Positions 11,801 to 25,300 of a DNA stretch of 64,000 bases are shown piece after piece (position 1 is the stretch's first letter; each line of letters opens with the position of its first letter). Location: the NCBI RefSeq assembly GCF_000143415.4, contig NW_003314265.1, positions 2,150,777 to 2,214,776 of the forward strand, given 5' to 3'. This DNA is from Selaginella moellendorffii (lineage: Eukaryota > Plantae > Lycopodiophyta). The notes beneath the pieces are model-generated. The model made no database searches and was not told the origin of the DNA. It saw only the letters and a program-made list of their open reading frames with translations. Both the position numbers and the translations under genes were made by a program.

Positions 11801-14130
11801 AGATGTATTCCTTCCTCGATGGTTTCTCCGGCTACAACCAAATTCACATCGCCGAAGAAGATCAGCACAAGACAGCATTCATCAGTCCATGGGGAGCCTA
11901 TGCTTATCGACGAATGCCTTTTGGACTCTACAACGCCCCATTCACCTTCCAAAGGCTTGTTACCAACACTTTCTGAGACTACCTCACTGACTTCATGAGA
12001 GTCTTCATGGACGACTTCAGCGTTTTCAGCTTGGAAGATCAACATCTTGAATGCCTGGAGAAATGCCTCAACAAGTGCGAGGAGAACAACATAGCACTCA
12101 ACCCCGACAAATGCGCTTTCTTCGTCAAATCTGGAGTACTTTTCGGCCACGTTGTCTGCAAAGACGGCATTCTCATCAACAAGGACAAAGTCGACGTCAT
12201 CTCCAAACTTGAACCGCCGAAGAACCAGAAAGAACTTCGGCGCTTCCTCGGCAAAGTCAGATATCACCAACGATTCATCCACAAGTACGCTCACATTGCC
12301 AAACCACTCACCGATGGACTAAAACAAGATGCCCAATGGACATGGACGTCCGAACAGCAACAAGCATTCAACAATCTCCGACTCAAACTAACAACAGCAC
12401 CGATCCTTGCCAAGCCCAACTGGACACAAGAGTTCCACATTCATGTCGACACTTCCGACGTAGCCACTGGTGCAATTCTGAGCCAAACTCAACACGACAA
12501 CCGAGATCAGCCGATCTACTACGCCAGCCGACTACTCAACCCAGCTGAACGAAATTACACCACCACCGAGAAAGAAGCTCTCATGATCTACTCACTTCAG
12601 AAGTTCCGACACTACATACTATCAACCAAAGTCGTAATTTTCGTCGACCACAAGGCACTCCTTTACCTCATCAACAAACCGATATTATCTGGTCGAATAT
12701 CAAGATGGTTCCTTTTACTACAAGAATACAACTTTGAGATCGTCCACAAACCCGGCAAAAATCACGAACAAGCAGATTATCTCAGCCGGATCACCACCGG
12801 CGACAAACCCGAAAGACTTACTGATGACTTACCCGACTCAAACCTATTCTGAGTTTCAATACCAGCAACCTGGCTCGACGACGTCTTCAGTTACCTGAAC
12901 TCAGCAAAAGTTCCAGATCAGTACACTACGTCTGACCAAAAGAAGACTTTTGTTGCTAAAACCCGACAATACTCAGTCATCGGAGGCACTCTCTACAAAC
13001 TAGGAATTGACAACATTCTTCACCGATGCATCAAACCACAAAGCACAACTCAAATCATCAAGGAAGCTCACGATGGACCTTCCGGCGGACACTTTGCCGC
13101 TGACACCACAGCTCGGAAGATTCTTCAAGCCGGCCTCTGGTGGCCGACACTCTGGCATGACACTGAAGAATTCTGCAAACACTGTGACACATGTCAAAGA
13201 CACCGATTACCGCCAAAAACTCAGACTCAACAACTCAACCCAACATTCCCAATGGCACCATTTCAGAAATGGGGACTCGACTTCGTCGGACCCCAAATCA
13301 GCACCCGTCGACGAAATCAGTACATCATCGTCGCCACCGATTACACTACCAAGTGGGCCGAAGCAATACCTCTCCAACATGCCACAGCGAAAGCAACAGC
13401 AACCTTAATCTACGAAAATATCATCACTTGTTTCAGCACACCACTCGAACTCGTCACCGACAGAGGCACCCACTTCATCAACCAAAAAATCGAACATCTC
13501 GCCACCGAGTTCAAAATCCGACACAAAACGTCGACACCATACTATCCTCAAGGCAATGGTCAAGCAGAAGCAACGAACAAAACACTGAAGACCATCCTCA
13601 AAAAAGTCATCAACGATTCCGGCAAAGACTGGGATGACAAACTTCTCGACGTACTTTGGGCCTTTTGCACTGCGTATAAAGTCACCACTGACATGACGCC
13701 ATTCAAACTCGCCTTTGGAACAGAAGCCATCACACCAATTGAATTCATCGTCCCAAGCATGCGAGTCACCGTCAAATATAATCTCGACACCCGACATGCA
13801 GTTCGAGAAAGGCTTCAGCAACTCGAACATCTCGACGAACTCCGACTCAACGCCCTCTGGACACTTCATGCCATCCAAAAACAGAGAAAAGCTCGGCACG
13901 ACCGACAAGCATCCCGGCATAACATTCCCAAATACAGCGTCGACGACCATGTTCTCTGGTACCGAGGACCCATCGGCAAACTTGGCCGAAAACTCCACAC
14001 CAACTGGCAAGGACCTTTCAAAATCATTGAACTATACCCCAATGGCACTGCCAAAGTCAGCACACTCGCTGAAGAATTCACTGAGATCGTCAACCTCAAC
14101 AAGCTTCGACCATATCACGTCAACATATTC
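8871..14130 (+). pseudogene. gag-pol polyprotein (disrupted)
   Basis: Two CCHC knuckles (CTKCKNEGHPASDC, CQICTKEGHDTKTC), protease IIDGGSSVN, RT FLDGFSGYNQI and VFMDDF, RNase H HVDTSD, integrase WGLDF/DRG/QGNGQAE/WQGPF. In-frame stops at 8991, 10291, 11974 and 12850. Confidence 0.95.
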
Positions 14131-14535
14131 AGCATCAGCACCTCAGCAAATTTCAGACCCAAACCGACAAACACCCCAAAACCAACAATCAACACTCACC
14201 CCAGCAGACAAACTTTAACTCAAATCAGTTCGACACAACTCAACTCAACTCAACACGAACTCATCCACCAACTTCACCAACAAACAGCAGCAAAAATTTC
14301 TAAGTCCCAAGCTACCGTTGGATCAATGCCACCTGAGCAAATATCAACAGTTGAACTTGAGTTAACTTCATCACCAATATCCACCATTGATTTGCAATCA
14401 AGCCAAATCAAACCACATCATTTCCGTCAACAAATCTCGACTGTTCATCACCAGCAATCGAGCGCTGCACGATCAGCCAACCAACAGTTACAGGTTTCAA
14501 GAACCCTAACGGGGCGAGCACTTCGATCGCAGAAA

Positions 14536-16381
14536 ATGAAGAGAAAGATGCCAGCTCATCCACCCCGGCGCCTCAGATACGTCATACACCATATTCCTAA
14601 GCTTCCCAGCAACGACACAACCACCTGGCTCAAGGAACACGGATTCGAGCTCCTCCACAAGGCCTTTTCAACACACCCTGATCAAAAACTAGCGAGGAAA
14701 CTGGCCACCTCCTTCAACCCCAAGAACAGCACCATAACCGATGGCACCAACGAGATCACCCTCAGCCCAGCAAGAATCGCCTCTGTTTTCAAAATCTCCA
14801 ACAAGGGACTGCTCAAATTTCAGGAGAAGTTCCACAGCAAATCATCAAGGCCAATTGAGAAATTACCGGTGAGCTCACATGGGAGGACATCGAGGAGCAG
14901 CATATGGATCGCCTCAAAGCCCTCCTCCTCTACGCCCAACAGATCGCACCATCAGCAAGCGCACAGCAGAAGTCTACGGAGCTCTACTCGACGGCAAACG
15001 TGTGAACGTGGCACATCATCTCCACGAGCTCCTTCTCAAGCTTCTCGACCGCGCCATCCTCGCCACACTCAACAAGAAGACCATGCGGACAGTAATCTTC
15101 CCACTGCTGATCGCTTTACACCAAGCTCTTCCCAACAAGCAACCGTGGACAACCCAAACGAACTCCACAGAACAAAGCGACAGCTCCGAAGAACACTCAG
15201 AATCAGAAGGAGCAACTCCCAGCAAGAAACTGAAGCCAGCATCTCAACAATCAGGCTCAACTCACTCCAACAACACCAGCTCCAGCAACAAACACTCCAA
15301 CAATTCAACTCCACTTCGCCGCCGCTTCACACGCAAAACACCAGTGAATCCAGCTCCCAAACCACTGATCTGAGAGCACCTCATCATCAGCGACAATGAA
15401 GACAACTCACACCACCATCCACACTCACCCCAGAGCCCGCATCCACTCGAATCACCCCCAAAACCAACAACTTCTCACAAACATGTCAACATCGCCAAAG
15501 AAAAATGTCAGCTGCTCGCCCAGAACTCAATTTCTCCACCAGCTGAGAACAACATTCTCAACGCCCCGACCTCCTCGACACGTTCCACAAAAGAAAACAT
15601 TGACTACCTTCGCCAATCACTTGAAGAACACGCAACCATGCCTCCTCCAGCAAATACCACGACCAGCATTCACAAAAATTCCGCCCCTTCAACAAAATTT
15701 CAAGCGAAAAATTTCTCAACGGATAAATTAATTTCAGCGCCACATCTGGGCCGTTCATCCACCATCAAACTGAAAAGCTCATCTCCAACCACCTCAAAGA
15801 ATCTGGCCCGACCACGTCACCCACATCCGACGAAGCAGATTCAGCCTCCAGCAACTTCAACTCCCGGGACCAAGAACACAGCGAACCCTAGCGAGAAACA
15901 CCAGGATCACGGAGCAGGAGCAGGAGCAGCAGCCATGCCTCAGCCACAGAGTTAGGTACGCCGTGATTATGACGAGATCAGGAAGGAGTACGAAGATAAA
16001 CTTCGCGACCCAAGCTATTGCACCCGCAAGTTGTTTGAAGCCCTCGATCAACACATGCACCGCAAGCAAGCAAACTACTTCCCAACACCAGCCGACATTG
16101 CACAGCATCTTCTCAAGCAAGACTCCTTCATATACACCCGGGGAGCGATCAAGAAGGAATTCTATGAGCCTTTAAACCACCGGCTGGATACTCAAATTGA
16201 AGAGATGAAGCAGATCCGCACTGACCTCCGGGACATCAGGAAGATCGTCTCCAAGCAGCCATCAACCCCATCAGCAGCTCACGAATTCACCTACAAATTC
16301 AAATACGAAGAGCTCAACACCCGCTACCGAAAACTCGAGGATGATCATACTGCCCTACTGGCTGAGGTAGCCGACCTCTAG
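14536..16381 (+). pseudogene. 3' extra (env-like/Athila-type) ORF of the retroelement
   Basis: Frame-shifted segments including VYGALLDGKRVNVAHHLHELL..TVIFPLLIAL, a low-complexity middle and a C-terminal coiled-coil-like stretch. Confidence 0.6.
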
Positions 16382-16541
16382 GAAGATGGGACAGATCCAC
16401 CAGACAGCATCCCTAACCACGAGCTTACACTCCCACAGCAAAAATGTCGCCTCTATCGACTTGAACAGCAGCAGCAACAAGCGATGGAAACTGACTATGT
16501 TCGCACCGAGGATGGTGTCTAGTTCTGTCAGGGGAGCAGAA

Positions 16542-16836
16542 TGTAGCAACCAAAAACCCAGGTTCAGGGGACTCCGACTTTGAACCTAGGGCTGCATCGG
16601 AGCCATAGATTAAATCATGCACAGCATATAGTATATGCTAGCAGTTAGAACCGCTAGCCTTTCAAAAGGGGGAATCCGAATTGTGGATCCCTATCTCCAT
16701 TCCATCGTTTTTTTTATCAATACACAGCATTCTTTTACTCGTGCTTCTTCTCTGCCCTTGGAGATCGGGCTCTTTTCTCTTTTGTTTTCTTACTAACAAT
16801 AGATTTCCAGCGAAGAGGAGTTTTCACACTTCTTCA
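16542..16836 (+). repeat. 3' LTR
   Basis: TGTAGCAACC...TTCTTCA, 295 bp. Confidence 0.95.
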
Positions 16837-18063
16837 TTCACCCTCAACCATCTGTCCTCCAACAGTTTGGAAGCCCATTCCTCGCGAATGCGAATGCGCA
16901 GTCTCTAGATCCGGCTGCTGTAGTTGGCCTCCAAACTGCTGAGAATCGCATCTTGATTCTCCTTGAGAGGATGAAGGTCACGTGAGGAAAGGCTTCCATT
17001 CTGCTTACAAAAATCAGTGTCAATATCAAGACGAACATGTTGAAAAAACCACAGGTAACAAGGAGAAACTCGCATCTTGATACTCGTTGAGAGGAAAAAT
17101 GTCATTCTGCTTAAGAAAATCAGTGTTAATATCAATGTTGAAAAAACCACTCACCTTTTCCCAAGGTAACAAGGAGAAACTTTCAAGCTTGCAATATGGG
17201 CTCTTCAGCAGCTGGCCCATGAGCTGCGTGGAAGATAAATCAAATTTCAATGCTGTTAACTCCAGGAACCAGAATTTGGACTTCGCATTGTCGTTTATGC
17301 AATCTTCCAGCAGGGAGATCTCCGCAAGGCTGGGCTCATTTGAAATTCCAAGGCCCTCTATTGCTCCAAAGATTTGGCTGAGTAGCCTACTCGCCTGATC
17401 ATTTGGGATGTCGACCAGCGTAAGCTTCCGTAAACTTGTTCCAGCCTGGAAGAGGGCAGGGGTCAAGTATTCATTCTGATTGAGGGACAGCTCCCAGATC
17501 TTGCAGGCTGCATCTTGCAGCAGCTTCTCCAGGTTGGGTGAGCAATGGCAATTATAAAGCTCCAGACGTTCTAAATACTTCGCAAGTGTTGATCCTGCTA
17601 AAGCATCTAAGTCTACAGCACAGGAATCTAGAAAAAGCGTCTTGAGCTTGATTGGCATCCCCTTGTGCTTGGCAGCAGCAATAGCATCATCCAAGCTGCG
17701 AATCACCTCCTCGCCAAATTTGTTTCCAATAATAGCAAGGCTGCTTAGCTTGGACACAGTTGCATCTAGAAACCCCTCCACTTTGTGGTAGCCCTCCCTT
17801 CACACGATTACGTGCTCCAGAGTGTTGTCCTCCAGCAGCAGCAGCTCGCGCAAGCCTTCGAAGTCTTCTGAATCGAAGTTTGCTGCTCTGTGTCTCTGTT
17901 CCTTCAGTTCCCTCACACTCGACACCCTATGGCTCTCCATCTTAGAGAAAATGCTTCCCAAATCCTTGTAATCATCTATCCGGGCCTGCTTTGGCTCCCC
18001 CATGACTTCCAATGGAATACCATCAGAAATTACAACAAATGTCGTTGATGAATCAACATCCAA
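16837..18063 (-). pseudogene. Roco copy 1, N-terminal LRR half (TRN1-like)
   Basis: Aligns to 25100-26150. In-frame stops at ~17800 and ~16905 and an internal duplication at 16947-17181. Confidence 0.9.
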
Positions 18064-18864
18064 ATGACAACTTGGAAGTCGCTAGAAAAGATGAATCAGT
18101 GGCTTGGCATGCTTCTTGGCTTTAAACATGAAATCAGATACCTACGGTGCACGTCGTACAAAGTGGCATCAATCATGCTAAATCTTTTTCTTTTTCTTTT
18201 TCTTTTGCTTTGTAAAGGTAATTGTTTTTGTAGGCAATTAGCAAAGCACATGCGTTAGACAAGCTGTACAAGTTTCGTAGGTAGCTTCTGAAGAGAAGAA
18301 TGCCAAGCAGCAGCTCGTTCTCTCACTTGGAGCGTCTAACAACGATTTACTTACATGCTCTCAAATTCTCGATCTTGAATGGATTTTAGTCCGCAAAAAT
18401 GCGACTCCTATATATTTACATGGAGAAAATGATTTAGGGGAAACAGAGTATGTCATTTAACTAGAAAACTAACAAGATCTTCCAAGAAAGAAGAAAAAGA
18501 ATAAAAAAGAAGACCCACAGGGATATCACATCCACGGGCGTTGGGTCGTTCTTCCATCTTGCCGGAAGAAAGAAAAAAAGAAAAGAAAAGAGGATTAAAG
18601 CAAGATCCGGAGAGACAAACCTGATCATGCAGTCGGATGAGGATGGAGCCCCAGCCGTGGGCGAAAACGAGCAGCGGCACCGGATTCAGGCGCGGTCGCT
18701 TTGTATGGATGGTTTCGAGCTCATCCACAGCGGCCTAAACAACTTTTTGGTGGAGGGATTTGTTTAGAGTTCTTTTGCGGTACGGGGGGCTGGCTTTCAT
18801 GGCAGCGACTTGGGAGGTACATTTCTTGGAAGAGCTTGCTTGGATTTGGATCGAACACGTAATT

Positions 18865-19889
18865 TATGGCGTGCAATTCGTAAAAGGGTGAGTGTTACTG
18901 CAGTAGATTTCACTCACAATACAATGTCCATGTGGCAGTTTTCTATTGGTTTAGCATTAAATGTCATCTGGATGCCTCATGGATACCCCATGGATGCTGG
19001 CCCAATGAGTCGATGATGTCCTTATGCCACAAATCATTAAGTTTGAGTGATGGAATCGCTCCAGAACACTGGAATCCGGAGCTGTGATCGCGGCTATTGC
19101 TATCAATCCCTAGCAGCACCGCAGCTCTCCATACCACCCGAAATATCCCCTACACCATAGCCAAGAACAGATTCTACAGAGCATAGAATAATAGAGCACT
19201 AAAGTAGGGCACTAAGGCAAGGAAGCGTACTTGTCATCGCCTTCTCCCCTGCGTTGCCATCCAGCTCGTCCCCGGCAGCTCCAGCTTGGTGACCTCCATC
19301 CTCAAGAATTGCAAGGAAGTAAGAGGATTCAACTATTGCCTAGACGCTGTGGCGGGTAACAATGGGAGCATTGATGATTGCGAGCAGCACAGTGGCGGTC
19401 GGCAATGCGGGGAGGACACGGCGATGGCCGTTGATGACGATCAAGGCTGCCACACTCCCAAATTCTAGATGGAGTTAGATGGAGTATGCTTGCTATGACA
19501 TTATGTTAAAAGAGGTGTGCCAAAAAAGGATAATTCAATTCTTTTGCCATGAGCCCCAAGAGCAAGATGTGAAAACATAGTGCTCTAGATAAAGTAGTAT
19601 GATATGCAATTTAGTCGATTGTCCATTTGGTTTGCAACATTAACAACTTGCTAGAATGCATGGGATGAATGGGTTTATGGGCCATGAATGGCTCCATTCC
19701 ATACATAGCATGGGTCATTGCTATGGGCATGATGCCCCATCCGGGGTATAAGGATTGGATATTCGTAAAATATTCTATGCTTGTGTTTTTTTCACACTCA
19801 TATTACACGTGGACCAATAACAGGCATACACGTGGTATGAGTGAAATCCACCGTTGTAAAATCCACCCTTTTACGAATTGCACGCCATA
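18865..19889. mobile_element. Non-autonomous TIR element, 1025 bp, 5-bp TSD TAATT
   Basis: Perfect 26-bp TIR TATGGCGTGCAATTCGTAAAAGGGTG, extending to ~50 bp imperfect. TAATT on both sides. Absent from the paralogous site at ~30216-30232. Confidence 0.9.
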
Positions 19890-20299
19890 TAATTGTTATT
19901 GACTTGATTCTCTCGTGGTTTTCTTGCCTTTTTTTGGGTTTAGAACATCCACGATGAAGAACGGGGATACGCAAAACAAGCAAAGAAAAGCGAGTATAAT
20001 CGTTTCACATGAAATCAACGACTGTGGTATTATGTCATAGGAGAAACGAAAAGATCTTTCTGGAAATTCTTTAGACCATATCCATTAAAGGGCTTTTTTT
20101 TATATTGCTCGGTTTCTAGGGTTTAGCGATGGCGCTCGGCCATTTTAACACGAACCTGACAGAAGAAAACGTTTTAAGTACCTTCAAATCCTCGTCGTCG
20201 ATAGACGAGAACTTTCTTTCCTCCTTTCATAAAGAATCGAGAAACATAAAATGCAATAATGATTAGACCAACAAAGGGTAATGTGGTGTAGGACTCGTG

Positions 20300-20960
20300 G
20301 CTCTGGAGTGGAGCGAATGGTGCTCGCCGGTAAGCTCCAAATGCGCTAGCTCTCTAATGGAGTCAAGGTCTACATTGCCACGGATTCCAGGGACGTAGAG
20401 GGCGACGATGGGGAAGTACTCTCTATTGTTTGGGACCTTGACGACGGCAGGAAATCTGATGCGGCGCCGCCCTTGTCTAGATTCTCCGAGGCGGCTGCTG
20501 CTGGAGAGGACGAAGCACAGCCGATTGACACCGATGTGCTTTCCAGCGGTGGTGGTGGTGCTCAAGACAATTCCGGGAGCTGAGATGAGGAGCAGCGGTA
20601 CTAGCAGGAACTTTACGAGAAAGAGCTTGTGGAACTAGTGACGACGATGGTCGTGCTCCAGACGAGCGCTCGGGGTCGGACTCGGACTATGACGATCGAT
20701 CGCCACCCCCGCAGCTACGTAGTATTGATATGCTGCGAGGCTGCCGAAGCGTGGACGAGTTTGAGAGGCTTAACAAGATCGACGAGGGGACTTACGGGGT
20801 CGTCTATCATGCTTGGGACAAGAAGAGTGGAGAGATTGTGGTGCCCAAGAGAGTGAAGATGGACCACGAGAGAGAAGGATTCCCCATGACTTCTCTACGG
20901 GAAATCAACGTTCTTCTCTCGTTTCACCATCCATCGATCGTGGATGTCAAGGAAGTGGTG
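20300..20960 (+). pseudogene. CDKG: CDKG-type kinase 5' fragment
   Basis: [55 protein letters not shown], then truncated. Upstream stops present. Confidence 0.9.
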
Positions 20961-21017
20961 GTCTCATGCCTTACAAAGCAATGACTAGTGCTCTTTCAAT
21001 GCGTCAAGTATCTGCAC

Positions 21018-21667
21018 AACTGATCAAGCTCTTTTCTGGAACTTATGACAAAGAAAGAGCTCGGATCACTATTACCGCAGGTGCTGGCGGAACCGATGTG
21101 CAGGTAACATTGTGTGCTGATATCTTTTTAGAAGCTTTGAGATTGTTTTACATACATTCCAGCACAGGGTGAGATGCTTCTAAGGATGTACCAGCGATGG
21201 GCTACCAGGTCGGGGTTTAAGTCGACTGTGGTGGAGAGTTAGGAAGCTGAGATCAAATCGGCCACACTCGAGATCGACAGGGGAGAGAAAGGCACACACA
21301 GGCTGGTACTGTGCGTGCCTTTCAACGCCAAAGCTCTACGACAGGTGAAGCAAACGTTAGTTTCATCGAAACTCTTGTCTCAACGTTTGCTTCTCTTCAC
21401 AGACGAGCTTTGCAGGAGTGGAAGTGACGGCTCTGCTGGAAGAGAACGAGATCGAGGTGGAGTAACCCGATGGCGACCTTGAGATTACAACGTGTAGATC
21501 TGGAGGCAAAGGCGGGCAGAACTTAAACAAGGTCGAGACTGCTGTTCGTGTCACGCACATTCCAACCGGGATTGCTCTTCGCTGCTCAGGTACATGAAAT
21601 GAAGTAACCGCGCAGTGCTCTCATCCAAGCTCCTGGTGATTCTCGAGGAGCAAAGGGCAACCGAGAT
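21018..21667 (+). pseudogene. prfB: Organellar peptide chain release factor 2 fragment
   Basis: [65 protein letters not shown]. Introns retained; stops and deletions. Confidence 0.9.
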
Positions 21668-21674
21668 CAAACCG

Positions 21675-22322
21675 GTTCTAGTGTTGGCTGTGGAAACACT
21701 GAACGGCAGGACTTTAAGCTGAAGTTTGAGACAGTGTTACAGGTATTGACAGATGCGTTGCTGTTTGTTGTGAAACTTTTTCTTCCTTCGCAGTGTAGGC
21801 TGGAAAGCATTTTAAAACGAGGCAGGAGGATTATTATCGTGGGGCACTTGAACATTTCTCCATATCCTATTGATTCATGTGACACTGACCAAAAATTTGA
21901 TACCAATACGTAAGTCACTCACTGATTCAAGCCGCTCTAGTAGTTTTTAACATGTTCATTTTAACAGGAGCCGTCAATGGTTTAGATCATTGCTGGTGAG
22001 CGAGGGTGGTGCGTTTTCAGACTCGTTTCGCGTGTTTCATCCTGAAATGTAACTCTTCACGGTTTTTGTCTGGCCAAATCATACCTGCTTATATGTATCT
22101 TGTCAGCAGAGCCTTACACTTGCTGGTCTCAGGCATCGGGTACGGAAGAGTTTAACTATGGCAGTCGTATTGATCATGTTCTTATTGCCGGTCCCTGCGC
22201 TGGCCATTGTCAGTGTCTTGATGGATCGCATGACAATAGTACCTGTGACGGATTTGAAGGGTGTGGAACAGAAATGGGTGACATTTTTCTTGAGTTTAAG
22301 CGTGCAAAGCTGGACATCCTTC
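21675..22322 (+). pseudogene. APE2: AP endonuclease 2 fragment
   Basis: [47 protein letters not shown]. Truncated at the junction with the Roco copy 2 3' flank. Confidence 0.88.
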
Positions 22323-22378
22323 TGTGTCCCTCGTCCAGAGCTCTTTTGGTGTTTCAAATCATCAGAACCAACCCTTCT

Positions 22379-25300
22379 TCAATAATGGTGATCTTCACAG
22401 ACCCAGCCACTTGGACTTTTGAGGAGTCCAAAACACTTCTTCATCATCAAGATTCGGTCCTCGCCATATCGTTGAGGTGAATTCTTTTTCACATACTCAA
22501 ACAACTCCACAATGTCATCTTTTGATGCTGGTTGCAACCTGTTATCGAGATCGCCTTCAAAGCAGGAGTCGATTGTAGCCTTCAAGCCATTTGCACCAAG
22601 CTCAATCAAGGTGCCGACCAGCTCCCCTCCCTCAGGCAATGCCACTTTACCGAGCTTTGCGAGGGTGAAACACATTGTGATGCCTGGGACGAAGATGTTG
22701 CTATACTTTTTGAACCATTGATTTGGGATAGTGATTGGTACTCCTGGGTACTTCTTCAAATCAACTGGGTGACAGCCGCTTGGATGCTCACATAAGTACC
22801 TAATATTTGCGCGTTTCCCAATCAGTGGTGAATATTTTAGCAACAGATTTGACTCCATTGTAAGGTGAGGGAGTTTCGGACACTCCAGCTTAGTGGATTC
22901 CAACAGTGATGAGCAACTCTTGATCAATGCGTTTTCTGTGTCCTTTAGGCCCTTTTGCAGCTTCTGTAAAGATCCTTTGATATTTGTTATGGAGACTTTG
23001 AAGTCCTCCATATATATCTGAATCCCTTGCATTTGATGCTTGTGTAATTGGTAGCAAAAGTTGGCAAGCTTGCTCATGTCATCACTTTCAAACTTTGGGA
23101 TCTCGACTTGCACAAGCTGTTGCTGCTGGCTTTGATACAGTGGCACTATGTGCTGGTTGTATTCTGTGACAACCTCTTCGACAGCACACTTACGTGGCTG
23201 AATAATCTCGTTGACTTCACTTGGCATCAAGAGTTCCAAGACACTTGTGGAGTCACCAAAACCCCAGGTAAAGTGATAATCAAAGCCATCCCTAGCTACC
23301 ATCTGTTTAACCTCTTGCAGTACCCAACAGCCCTTGCTGTTTTCATCGCATGAGCCCTGTTGTCCTGATGCTTTCCCAAATTGTCTTACCTTCACTGGAT
23401 TCAGAACATGCTCTTCAAGCTTGATGAAAGGACAGGCCCTGTTAGTTTCCTTGACTACACAATCCCGTATCTCCTTCATGAACTGCTCCCCTTTGAGTCC
23501 CCTCTTTTCCTCCTTGGGCACCATCAACATAATATCCACCCATTGCCGATCTGTCCAATGCTTATAATCCCCACCAATAGTCACCAGAACTTGAATGAGA
23601 TCCTCTTGGAAGGAAACCCAACCAGCACCAATTTTACTTCCATGGCCCCATCTGTCACACATCTCCTTCACCTTGGCTTGAATAACTGCAAATACTCCTG
23701 CTTTCAACCAACGAACACACAGACATCAATGTTTAATCTCAGCAGTCAAGAGCATAATTACCTGATGGGAGAAGAACGAAGCCCTTCATAGTGTCGTCTG
23801 CTTGCAATCTCCGACCCCAACAATCATATGTTTGCTCGGTTTCAATCCATCCAGTGAACTCATCAGGCAATAATGCAGGCACAATCAGGTGTTCTGGCCG
23901 ATTTCGTGGCTCTGACCACCTTATGTCCCAGCTCCTCATGCCATCAGGAATCAAAACCCCCATCTCACAGAGCAGCTTGAGCAGGAAATAGATGTTGCCC
24001 TCTGCAGTCTCTCCAAGTGTTTTGAGCTCTTGTACTGCTTTCACAGTAGACCACTTGGGTTCCCCCCACTTCATCTTATCGTTTCTCTCTTGCTTAGGAA
24101 TGAAAATTCCTAACACAGTATGGAGAAACCATGGCATGTCTAGAACTGCATTGTTGACAATCAATGCAGCTTCCTTGTCGTTTGGATCCGTGTTTTGATA
24201 TGTGTCATCTGCCCCAAAGTAGACAGCTTCTCCCATATCATGTAGGCAGATGAATGTGTATTGTGCAGCAAATGCCTGAACTTCTTTCTCCCCCTGCAAC
24301 CAAGCCTTGGACATCTCATGTAGGTCGACCACCCTCTGCTGGACAATTGTTTGTGCCTGTTTGTGGATATGATACCATGGTGTGGATGAACCCCGCCCTC
24401 TGATAACCTCATCACAAGTCCAGGGAATCACAGGAATTTCATTTATCATTTCGCCCACTGCTATCGCCAGCTTTGGCTTCAGTTCCTTCTGTACCTGACG
24501 AGCATTCAACCCATTCACCTCGAAATAGTGATCACCACGTTGGCCCTGAACAAAGTCTAGCCTGTCCTTATACTTGGGTACCAGTGACGTCGCAGCTGCT
24601 CGAGCTTCTACCAAGAAACCGTGATCACGAACAAAGATGTTGAGTACTAAGAAAATGGTGGGTTTCCTAGCTGGTGTTGCAGTTTGGTGGGCCGCTATGA
24701 AGCGAAACCAGTATTGGAGCTCTGTTTCCAAGTCTGTTTTCATCTCACCTCCAGGACCTCCAACCTTGCACACCACCATGAAGAGATCTTTGTCGCTGCC
24801 CCTGAGGAAATAGTGATGAAAAGCGTGGTAGACCTCCTGGCCTCCCAGATCGTAAATCAGGAGTTTCTTCCTCTCACCAAATCTGAGAGTCCTCCTCTCA
24901 ATTCCCACTGTTGATGCATGATCCTGACGCGGCGGCGTCACGCACTGCTGGAGGGCGGCACAGGTGCGGACAAGATTGGTGGAGATGGTGGTCTTGCCCG
25001 AGGCAGTGTGGCCGCACATGAACAGCTTGGCAGTTGATGGTGTGACTGGAGCGCTTTTTGCAAGAACGGGGCTCTTCTGAAATAGAGCATTCCGGTACTT
25101 CACCCTCAACCATCTGTCCTCCAATAGTTTGGAAGCCCACTCCCCGTGAATGCGCAGTCTCTGGATCCGGCTGCTGTAGTTGGCCTCCAAATTGCTGAGA
25201 ATCGCATCTTGATACTCCTTGAAAGGAAAAATGTCATCCTGCTTAGTGTCAATACCAAAACCCCCAGGTAACAAGGAGAAACTTTCAAGCTTGCAATATG

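Larger units (their letters stand above)
6300..16836 (+). mobile_element. Full-length degenerate Ty3/gypsy LTR retrotransposon (non-chromovirus, Athila/Selgy-like by inference)
   Basis: Two 295-bp TG..CA LTRs. TSD ttcat/ttcac, with empty site gtacttcaccctc in copy 2. PBS-like TGGCAACCACGGC at 6597, PPT aggggagcagaa at 16530-16541. Domain order gag-PR-RT-RH-INT. Confidence 0.97.
16837..22322. repeat. Segmental duplication block A (paralogous to 25100-32990 minus insertions)
   Basis: Colinear Roco 5' half, upstream region, and CDKG, PrfB and APE2 fragments. Confidence 0.9.

Noticed and set aside
18453-18728. MDELETI ORF (also 26582-26824) as a gene
   Set aside because: It starts at GTG, runs into an apparent intron and differs by indels between copies. 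Likely Roco 5' UTR.
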